Of a DNA stretch of 40,800 nt, positions 31,030 to 38,543 are shown in pieces (position 1 is the first letter of the stretch; the number at the start of each line of letters is the position of its first letter). Below the pieces are notes generated by a model. The model made no database searches, had not been told where the DNA came from, and saw only the letters and a list, made by a program, of their open reading frames with translations. Origin of the DNA: an uncultured euryarchaeote (lineage in GTDB: Archaea; Thermoplasmatota; Poseidoniia; Poseidoniales; Poseidoniaceae); the NCBI GenBank assembly GCA_964014165.1, contig CAXGZM010000002.1, forward strand, positions 1-40,800, written 5' to 3'. The translations under genes and the position numbers were made by a program.

Positions 31030-32754
31030 ATGCCCGTGGATTTGGCTTCGGCCGACCTGCCACACGAACCGGGCGTCTACCTGTTCAAGAATGCACAAGG
31101 ACGGGTGCTCTACGTCGGCAAGGCGACACGACTCAACGAGCGCATTCGTTCCTACTTTGCCAGCAACCCCGACCGCCACATGATTCCCGAACTCGTTGCC
31201 CGAGCCGACGACATCGAGTGCATCGTGACGCAAACCCCTCAGGCGGCGCTTATCCTTGAGCGGCAATTGATTCGCGAGCACATGCCTCGGTTCAATTCCA
31301 TGCTCAAGGACGGGAAATCCTTCCCCTATCTGGCCATGACCAACGAGGAGTACCCCCGCATCATGTACACCCGTCGCCCTCCCAAGTCTGCACAACAGTG
31401 GGGACCCTTTCCCAACGCCGGTGCAGCCAAACAGGTCATGCAGTTGCTCCGCAGGCAGTTTGGCATTCGCGACTGCAAGGAACTGCTCCCCCAAGGATGC
31501 CTCTCGATGCACATCGGCCTGTGTGCCGGCCCGTGCATTGACGGAGCGGGCTACGATGAGCGGGTCAAAACCGTTCGTCGGGTGCTCAACGGCGACGCAG
31601 CCCCGCTGCTGGAAGAGCTGGTCGCTGACATGGAAGCAGCGTCGGAGGCCCAGGCCTACGAGGTCGCTGCCCAGCATCGCGACATGATTCGTGCCGTTCG
31701 TGCCACGACCAGCCAGCACGTTGTCTCAAGCAAGGTCTACAGGGACTGCGACGCCATCGGCATCGCCCACGAAGGGGATTTAGCAGCCCTGGTCGTCCTC
31801 CACGCCGACGAAGGCGTCGTGCAGGGACAGGAAGCCTGGCCGGCGGTTCATCGGGGCGATCTCGGTGAGACCGTCTCCATGTTCATCTCCGAACACTACG
31901 CGCACCGAACGCCGCCCCGCTTGCTGCTCTCGCCCGTCCCCATTTTTGACGGTCTCCAGTCGTGGCTGGACGAGCGTCGAGGGTCGTCGGTCGAGGTTCG
32001 CACACCCCAGCGTGGCGACCTTGAGAACCTCGCCACCCTCGCCCGGCAAAACGCCGAGATTCAACTCCAACGCATGGCCAACAAGTCCAGCGGCTCACTC
32101 GAACAGCGGGCAGCCGATGAGGGTGCCAAAACCCTGGGCATGAACCAGCTCGACCACATCGTCTGCTTTGACATGGCCCAACTTCAGGGCGACGAGCGTG
32201 TCGGTGCAAGCGTGGTGATGCGCAACGGACGCCCCAACAAAAGCGAATACCGCAAATACATCGTCAAAGGCGAAGCGATGGACGACCTGCGCATGATGAA
32301 AGAAGTCGTGGTGCGCTGGGCCAAGCGCCAAGAAGAATGGCCGGACCTGCTGCTCATCGACGGTGGCGAAACCCACCTCAGCACCATCCAACAGGCGCTC
32401 GAAGAGCACGGTTGGGCCGACCGCTTCCCGCTGGCGGCCCTTGCCAAACGAGAGGAAACCATCTTCCGCTACGGCCACGAACCGCTCGTGCTCGACCGTG
32501 CGGGTCGTGTGCTGGTCCACGCCAGGGACGAAGCGCACCGCTTCGTCAACACCTTCCACCGCAAGCGCCGCAGCCGAACACGGCTGGCTGATCCGCTCGA
32601 AGGTGTGGAAGGGCTCGGCGCCAAGAAACTGCAAACTCTTCTCCGCCACTTCGGTGGACGAAAAGGCATCGAGCACGCATCCGTCTCGGAGCTGGTCACC
32701 GTGCCCGGCATCGGCCCTGCACTGGCCGAGCGCATCCACAACGCCCTGCGTTAA
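31030..32754 (+). CDS. uvrC: Excinuclease ABC subunit C
   Basis: GIY-YIG motif: PGVYLFKNAQGRVLYVGKATRLNERIRSYF. A UvrBC-interaction-like region follows. C-terminal (HhH)2: LVTVPGIGPALAERIHNAL. I prefer the ATG at 31030 (MPVDLASADLP...). Confidence 0.9.
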   Translation: MPVDLASADLPHEPGVYLFKNAQGRVLYVGKATRLNERIRSYFASNPDRHMIPELVARADDIECIVTQTPQAALILERQLIREHMPRFNSMLKDGKSFPYLAMTNEEYPRIMYTRRPPKSAQQWGPFPNAGAAKQVMQLLRRQFGIRDCKELLPQGCLSMHIGLCAGPCIDGAGYDERVKTVRRVLNGDAAPLLEELVADMEAASEAQAYEVAAQHRDMIRAVRATTSQHVVSSKVYRDCDAIGIAHEGDLAALVVLHADEGVVQGQEAWPAVHRGDLGETVSMFISEHYAHRTPPRLLLSPVPIFDGLQSWLDERRGSSVEVRTPQRGDLENLATLARQNAEIQLQRMANKSSGSLEQRAADEGAKTLGMNQLDHIVCFDMAQLQGDERVGASVVMRNGRPNKSEYRKYIVKGEAMDDLRMMKEVVVRWAKRQEEWPDLLLIDGGETHLSTIQQALEEHGWADRFPLAALAKREETIFRYGHEPLVLDRAGRVLVHARDEAHRFVNTFHRKRRSRTRLADPLEGVEGLGAKKLQTLLRHFGGRKGIEHASVSELVTVPGIGPALAERIHNALR

Positions 32755-35700
32755 CGGGACAACTCGTCAATGTAGGCCATGTCCTCAATGGTCTCACCGT
32801 GCCGCAGGGCAGGACTTGAGAAGCCAGCGAGGTCAGCAAATTCATGGTCCCCGATTTGCGCTTTGGTCACGGCGGCTTGACGATTGGCCATCGCCGCCTT
32901 CTTTCTCTTCTTCTTGCGCCGGCGACGCCGCACGAACATCACCAGGAGGATCAGCACGATGGCGGGGTAAACCCAGAACTGGATGAGGAAATACAGCCAC
33001 CCTACGTTGATTCGGAACGTGATGTCGTCTTCAAATTCGCCGGGTGGAACAATGTAGGTGACCGTTTGGCGCCCACCGTCTTCGGTGATGATGAGGTTGC
33101 CTGCGGAGGACGAGGCGTCCTCGATGGTGACGCCCCGCGGGAGCGTGAACGTGATGGGGCCGGTGTAGGCCGCTCCGTCAATGGGTGAATCCGTCTCGCC
33201 GTATTCCGTGGGGAGGCTGGTGTCAACGGGACCGGTTGAGATGGTGATGGACTCTTCGTTGGTGGGCGGGTAGGTCAATCCGTCACTTCCAACGATGGAC
33301 GAGCGCAAAGCACGCGTCATGAGATCGGCGGCCATTTGGAAGGGCTGGTGGAACACGGACTGAATGCTGCTGGTGACAATGCTCAGCTGGATGTCGTCGG
33401 GGTTGCCGCTCGTCAAGTCGCTCATGCCGTTGGCCGTTCCGATGGTAAACCTGACTTCGGGAATACGAAGCGACAGCACGATGGGTTCGTCATCGCTGAC
33501 AACCTCGTCGGGTGCCTCGATGCCCGAGATGCCGGTGACGAGTTCAAAAGCGGACAGGTCGACCACGCCAAACGGATTCTCCTCGTCCTCAGCGGCCAAC
33601 ATACCGAGACCGTGGATGCCGTCGGTGGCGAGTTCGCCCATTCGCTTGGCGAGGTCCTTCATGCCCTGACGGGTCGCTTCAAGTTCCAAATCGTCGCAGT
33701 CGTCGAAGTAATCCTTGAGGTCGTCATGGTCGCACCACGGGATGGGAATGCTGTCGCCGAGGGGGTCGTCCATGCGGCTCGAGAGGTCGATGATGAGGCG
33801 AAGGAGGTCGGACGGGAAGGCTTCCATTTGTCCGCAAGCTCGGATATCGGTTTCGTTGATGCAGCGCTGGCCGTCCACAAAGCCGATGCGGTAGATGCTC
33901 AGTTCGGCGTCAAGCGCCATGGTGACGCTGAACGAGCCGCTCCACTCGTTGAAGTTCACCGAAGACAAGTCAAACGCCACGTTGGATTCCACGCAGGTGC
34001 TCTGGTTGGCATAACACAACACGCGACCGTCTTCGTCCGTGATCTCATGTTCCCAATCGTACGGATCAAGACCCGTCAAGGAGAGGTCGAGCGAACTCGA
34101 TGCTTCGAGTGATTTGGTCAGGGTGATCGTCGAGGTGCCGTCGACGGTGGTGACCCACTGCGGCAGGATGATGTCGACGGTCAAATCGGCCGGTGGAAGT
34201 CCGCTCAAATCAACGGCGTTCAGGAAGCTTTCACCAATCACGGCTTCAATGGAAAAGCCGGCGTTCATCAACCGCTCGAGATCACTGGCCTGCACGTTTT
34301 CAAGGAAATCAACGCCCTTGGAATCCGGGTCGTCGATCTGCGCGATGATGATGTCAATGAATCGCATGGAAAACGGCTGACTGGTCGTTTGGAGATAGAT
34401 GGGGTACGTCTCGTCCATGGCGTTGGGCCCTTCCAAACAGTAGTGAAGCACCTGGCCGGCGGCGACCGGTTCGGTGCACCCCGTGGAATGGCTGTAGTTC
34501 AAGCCGCCCGCTGAGTCAAAGATACCCGTGCCGTCGGTGGTTGACACCCACTGCAGGTCGCTCATCGTGATGTCGCCGACGCCGGCGATGGTGTTGCCAA
34601 GCCCCTCCACGATGTCACCCACCGGAAACTGGTCGGTGAACTGCGTCAAGTCAACGATGTCGTTGTGGTAAGCCAGTCGGATGCCGTCGGACGTGATCAC
34701 CGGGATGGTGGCGGAAGAGGAGACGTCAAACATGTTGATGCCCCAACTGTTGAGGGTCTCGGTGTCAAGGTAGTACAGGCCAGCTGCGAAATCGATGGTG
34801 GCAGCGTATTCATCGCTCAGGTCGATTACGAGGTTCAGGTCGATGGCTTTCGAGCCCTCTTCGATGGAGACGGTGGGCGAGGTCGAGGAATTTCGGTGGC
34901 CCATGCGCAAGTCAACCGTTTGTACCAAATCGCCTTCGGCCTCTTCGGCCTCCATGTGGTCCATGGACCACTCCGCCGCCATGTAGTTGGGAGGACCTGC
35001 TCGGGCGACAAGCGTCCCGTTGGCGTCCGTGCCCAGCACCGTGGAGTAGGATGATGGGTTGATGACAAAGGCCGCCTTGTGGCCGGGTTTGGTGGTCAAT
35101 TCGAAGCTGGTGTTCACCTCGGCGCCCATGGTGAGAAGACCGCGGTAGGTGCGCTCGAGGTCGAGATTTTCCGACCCCACGAGGTTGAAGTTGCTGGCGA
35201 GCAAATCGACCGAAGCCGTCGCCTGGAAACAAAGGGGCGGTTCGAACACGTTGTCCACGGTTGCTCCTTCAGCCTGCGAATCGATGGTCGAATCGGTCGA
35301 GCACGACGTGGTGAGGCCGCCACTCGTGAAGGAGTTAACGTACTCCGTTGAGAGGCTCGTGACGGTACCAAAACCCGATTCAAGTGCGTCCTCGATGGCG
35401 TCGTGGACCTCACTCTTGAGTTTCTGACCGACGGTCGGTGAGCCCGCCCCTGCCGTTTCTGCATCAAAGGTATGACGAATCAAATCGGCGGGTGCACCGT
35501 CGTTGGCATCCAAGCCATCGGTGCTCTCGAGCGTGTCGCCGATCGTGGTACCGGAGCCCAAACCGAGCGAATCACGCTCGAATTCTCGGACAGCCCACGT
35601 CAACTCAAGTTCGATGGACGAAGTGGAGACCAAATCAAACACATAGGTGCCTTCGACCCAATCTTGACGATGGGGGGTCATGTCGTCGCTGTGGTCGTAC

Positions 35701-35843
35701 GTGTCACAGGTTCCGCTGCCGATGCAGGACTGCATGCCGGTCGCACTCACAACAGGGACGAGGAGTTGCAGGGTAAACATCGCCACCAGCAGCACCGAGA
35801 TGCCGTGCTTGGAAAGACCGTTGACACCGGTGCGAACTGACAT
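32751..35843 (-). CDS. Orphan acidic 1030-aa type I surface protein (S-layer/adhesin candidate) with a C-terminal TM helix and polybasic stop-transfer
   Basis: The ATG at 35843 gives MSVRTGVNGLSKHGISVLLVAMFTLQLLVPVVSATG. The track start at 36308 would overlap the divergent TYW2 gene. I recognised no domain. The protein is Asp/Glu/Thr/Ser-rich. TM helix WVYPAIVLILLVMFV followed by RRRRRKKKRKK. Confidence 0.7.
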   Translation of the reverse strand: MSVRTGVNGLSKHGISVLLVAMFTLQLLVPVVSATGMQSCIGSGTCDTYDHSDDMTPHRQDWVEGTYVFDLVSTSSIELELTWAVREFERDSLGLGSGTTIGDTLESTDGLDANDGAPADLIRHTFDAETAGAGSPTVGQKLKSEVHDAIEDALESGFGTVTSLSTEYVNSFTSGGLTTSCSTDSTIDSQAEGATVDNVFEPPLCFQATASVDLLASNFNLVGSENLDLERTYRGLLTMGAEVNTSFELTTKPGHKAAFVINPSSYSTVLGTDANGTLVARAGPPNYMAAEWSMDHMEAEEAEGDLVQTVDLRMGHRNSSTSPTVSIEEGSKAIDLNLVIDLSDEYAATIDFAAGLYYLDTETLNSWGINMFDVSSSATIPVITSDGIRLAYHNDIVDLTQFTDQFPVGDIVEGLGNTIAGVGDITMSDLQWVSTTDGTGIFDSAGGLNYSHSTGCTEPVAAGQVLHYCLEGPNAMDETYPIYLQTTSQPFSMRFIDIIIAQIDDPDSKGVDFLENVQASDLERLMNAGFSIEAVIGESFLNAVDLSGLPPADLTVDIILPQWVTTVDGTSTITLTKSLEASSSLDLSLTGLDPYDWEHEITDEDGRVLCYANQSTCVESNVAFDLSSVNFNEWSGSFSVTMALDAELSIYRIGFVDGQRCINETDIRACGQMEAFPSDLLRLIIDLSSRMDDPLGDSIPIPWCDHDDLKDYFDDCDDLELEATRQGMKDLAKRMGELATDGIHGLGMLAAEDEENPFGVVDLSAFELVTGISGIEAPDEVVSDDEPIVLSLRIPEVRFTIGTANGMSDLTSGNPDDIQLSIVTSSIQSVFHQPFQMAADLMTRALRSSIVGSDGLTYPPTNEESITISTGPVDTSLPTEYGETDSPIDGAAYTGPITFTLPRGVTIEDASSSAGNLIITEDGGRQTVTYIVPPGEFEDDITFRINVGWLYFLIQFWVYPAIVLILLVMFVRRRRRKKKRKKAAMANRQAAVTKAQIGDHEFADLAGFSSPALRHGETIEDMAYIDELSR

Positions 35844-35862
35844 GTCCACGGCTAAGGTCGGG

Positions 35863-35873
35863 AACTTGAAAGG
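35863..35873. promoter_or_regulatory. Single quasi-symmetric TATA-like element (AACTTGAAAGG / CCTTTCAAGTT) at the centre of a 51-bp divergent spacer
   Basis: It lies 21 nt from the plus-strand ATG at 35895 and 19 nt from the minus-strand ATG at 35843. The spacer contains no other A/T-rich element. Confidence 0.4.
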
Positions 35874-35894
35874 AGTTACCCTCCTCGTCCTGTC

Positions 35895-37031
35895 ATGGGC
35901 GTCGTGGCCAACACGACCTTTCTTCTCGTTGGTACGGGAGAAGGAGAACGGGTCCACCGGTTGTTGAAATCCAACGGATGGTTGGAGGCGCACGTCGAAC
36001 CGCTGAGAACCGAGCCGGGGAAAATCGGCTTCCCGCTCGTCCCCGATGCTGACGGTCCCGCCGCCCAAACGACGGCGATGACAAACCTCAACGTGGCTTC
36101 GGAACTCATGACAGTTGAAGCGCCTCGCCGAGATTCGGTTGACCCGCATCATCGACTCAGGAGCGCGGTTCATGCGTGGCTTGAAGCCAACGACCTCCCC
36201 TTCCGGGCATCGCTCCTCGTGCCGTCCAAATGGGAGCGATTGGGAGACTTGGCGCTGCTGCCTCATGAATGGCGAGCATCCGAAGCATGGCCTGCGGTAA
36301 GGGATCATCCCGATGCTGCATCGTTGTGGAACGCCATTGCTGGAGCCCTGAAGGTGGGCGCTCTCGGTGTCCAGGCACCCGTTGCGAACGACACGTTTCG
36401 GTCCTCGCAGGTCGAGATGCTGCTGGGCACTTCAACGGTTGAATTCACCGATCACGGGATGACCTACACGTTCGATGCGGCCAAGGTCATGTTTTCGTCG
36501 GGGAACGTGACCGAACGTCGGCGAATCGGGGCTTTGGACATGGACGGTGAAGTGGTGGTTGACGCCTATGCTGGCGTCGGCTACTACACCTTCCCCATGC
36601 TCGTCCATGCCGGCGCAGCCCACGTTCACGCCTGCGAGATCAACCCTGCTTCACTTGCCGGCCTTCGAGCCGGGGCTGCGGCGAACGGGCTGCTTGACCG
36701 CTTGACCGTACACGAAGGCGACAACCGAGCGTCCCTCACGAACCTTCGCGGCATCGCAGACCGGTGCCACCTCGGGCTGCTCCCATCCAGTGAGCTGGCA
36801 TGGGAACCGTGCCTGCTGGCCCTCAAATCGACGGGGGGCGTGCTCCACGTTCACATGAACGTCGAGGAGGAGAACATCGATGCGTGGACGACGGCGACGG
36901 TGAACACCTTTGAGACCCTGGTTGCTCAACACGGTTTGAACTTCAACGTCCGAGCAGACCATCTCGAGCGCGTGAAATGGTTCGCCCCGAGGGTACGGCA
37001 CGTGGTGCTCGATCTCAGCTTTCGTCCGTGA
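35895..37031 (+). CDS. taw2: TRM5/TYW2 (Met-10+) family enzyme, most like tRNA wybutosine-synthesizing protein 2 (Taw2/TYW2)
   Basis: FDAAKVMFSSGNVTERRR, the SAM motif VVDAYAGVGYYTFP, and ADRCHLGLLPSSELAW (compare eukaryotic TYW2 NLGLIPSSE). Confidence 0.7.
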   Translation: MGVVANTTFLLVGTGEGERVHRLLKSNGWLEAHVEPLRTEPGKIGFPLVPDADGPAAQTTAMTNLNVASELMTVEAPRRDSVDPHHRLRSAVHAWLEANDLPFRASLLVPSKWERLGDLALLPHEWRASEAWPAVRDHPDAASLWNAIAGALKVGALGVQAPVANDTFRSSQVEMLLGTSTVEFTDHGMTYTFDAAKVMFSSGNVTERRRIGALDMDGEVVVDAYAGVGYYTFPMLVHAGAAHVHACEINPASLAGLRAGAAANGLLDRLTVHEGDNRASLTNLRGIADRCHLGLLPSSELAWEPCLLALKSTGGVLHVHMNVEEENIDAWTTATVNTFETLVAQHGLNFNVRADHLERVKWFAPRVRHVVLDLSFRP

Positions 37032-38043
37032 GGTCACCCGATTCGACGAGTTCAGCAACCATGACCGCCTCGGCCTCTAGGACATCGGATGCACCATCGT
37101 CAGACGGAGCGGTGAGCGCATCGCTGTCGTCGGCCCGAGCGTACACCACCATCGTGATGCCAACGCCCACCAGCACAACCGCCAGCGGAATGCCGACAAT
37201 GAACGCCATGTCTTGCAGCAGCGAACCGTCGTCTTGGGCTTCAACAACGGGGTTGCGTATGGTGCCGTCGGGGTCGGCCACGCCAACCATTTCCATCGAG
37301 AGAATGCGGACTTCGATGAGAGGGCGCCCCGCAGAAGCGAACGGGTTGTCGAGGTCGGTGCCCGTCGGTTCGTCGCTGGTGGGTACATCGGCGATGGCGC
37401 GGATGTGTGTCATGCCGTGGCGGACGATTCCAAAGGTGGCGTAGCCTTCGTCGTCCCTGTTCTCCGGGTCGAGGCCGTGAGCTTCGGTCTCAGCAATGTA
37501 CCACTGCGAGTCGGCAGAATCCGGGTCAGCACTTCGGGCCATCCCGATGGCGCCGTCGACGTGAGAGAGGTTCGCATCGTGTTCCAGTGGAATGGTTTCG
37601 CCCGTGCCGCCGCTTCCGCACGAAGGGCTCGTAGCGGGATAGACGCCAATCGTCTTGCAGGTAGGGTCGCCGGATTGAGTGACGAAATCGTTGATGACGC
37701 GGTGGAAAAACACCCCGTCGTACAGTCCGGATTCAACGTGAGCAATCATGTTGTTCGTGGTGATGGGCGCCCATTGTTCGAACAACTCGATGATCACCAC
37801 GCCCTCCTCGCGGTCGGAGGTCCACTCACTTTGATAGGAGACGTTCATCGAAATCACGGCGTTGCCGGTGTAGGAGTCCATCATCGGTGAATCCTCCGAC
37901 TCTGGGCGGTCGGTCCATTCGGCGGGGTCGAGACCGACGGTTCGCCACGCTGGCTCGTCTTCTTGCACACCCACGGTGGACGAGCCCACGACGGGCGCCA
38001 TGAAGAGCAACACGAGGAGAACCCCGAGCCCGCGCTGGTGCAT
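37015..38043 (-). CDS. Cyclophilin-type peptidyl-prolyl cis-trans isomerase, secreted and tethered by a C-terminal TM helix
   Basis: Signal peptide MHQRGLGVLLVLLFMAPVVGSS. Cyclophilin core VIIELFEQWAPITTNNMIAHVESGLYDGVFFHRVINDFVTQSGDP. TM helix MAFIVGIPLAVVLVGVGITMVVYA and an acidic tail. Confidence 0.85.
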   Translation of the reverse strand: MHQRGLGVLLVLLFMAPVVGSSTVGVQEDEPAWRTVGLDPAEWTDRPESEDSPMMDSYTGNAVISMNVSYQSEWTSDREEGVVIIELFEQWAPITTNNMIAHVESGLYDGVFFHRVINDFVTQSGDPTCKTIGVYPATSPSCGSGGTGETIPLEHDANLSHVDGAIGMARSADPDSADSQWYIAETEAHGLDPENRDDEGYATFGIVRHGMTHIRAIADVPTSDEPTGTDLDNPFASAGRPLIEVRILSMEMVGVADPDGTIRNPVVEAQDDGSLLQDMAFIVGIPLAVVLVGVGITMVVYARADDSDALTAPSDDGASDVLEAEAVMVAELVESGDLTDES

Positions 38044-38065
38044 GGTCGGGGATGGACTTCACCCC

Positions 38066-38075
38066 CATGAAAACT
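38066..38075 (-). promoter_or_regulatory. Weak TATA-like element (AGTTTTCATG on the minus strand), 22 nt upstream of the ATG at 38043
   Basis: Called on position and A/T content only. Confidence 0.3.
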
Positions 38076-38133
38076 ACGGCACCGTCTTCCATGAAACATC
38101 AACACCAAAAAGGAGGACCTCACAGGTCAATTC

Positions 38134-38505
38134 ATGGACAAATCATCCGATTTCATGCCCAACCTCACGCTCGGCTACGGGGTGTTTCTCGTTGTGTGGG
38201 GCATCGCTGTTGGCTTGCTCTCGACCAGCGATTCCCTGACCCGTTTCATACCGTGCGTGCCCGGTGCAGGGCTGGTGGTCAGCGGTGTTCTTGCCAAAAG
38301 CAACCCCGAGCAACGAAAACTCTGGATGCACGTGGCCGTCGTCCTGGGTCTGCTCAGCGCCCTTCTTGGCACCCGCTTTTTCATGGTCATGGGTGACGGT
38401 TTGAACTACGCCAGCGGCTCCATGCTCATGTTGTTCCTCACCGGCTCTGCCTACACCGCCCTGTGCGTCCGCTCGTTCATCCAAGCCCGCAAAGCAAGCG
38501 AATAA
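38134..38505 (+). CDS. Small 4-TM membrane protein, TMEM14/UPF0136-like (tentative)
   Basis: 123 aa with four hydrophobic helices. KSNPEQRKLWMHVAVVLGLLSALLGTRFF resembles the TMEM14 pattern SQDPRNVW...GMRFY. This is recalled from memory, not searched. Confidence 0.55.
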   Translation: MDKSSDFMPNLTLGYGVFLVVWGIAVGLLSTSDSLTRFIPCVPGAGLVVSGVLAKSNPEQRKLWMHVAVVLGLLSALLGTRFFMVMGDGLNYASGSMLMLFLTGSAYTALCVRSFIQARKASE

Positions 38506-38543
38506 AGCGTCATCCTCTTGATGGGGGGCCTGCTCCTTCATCC

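Noticed and set aside
38112-38116. GGAGG upstream of the small membrane-protein gene as a Shine-Dalgarno site
   Set aside because: The spacing to the ATG at 38134 is 17 nt, too long for a functional SD. The A-rich stretch around it fits a weak TATA-like role equally poorly, so I left it uncalled.
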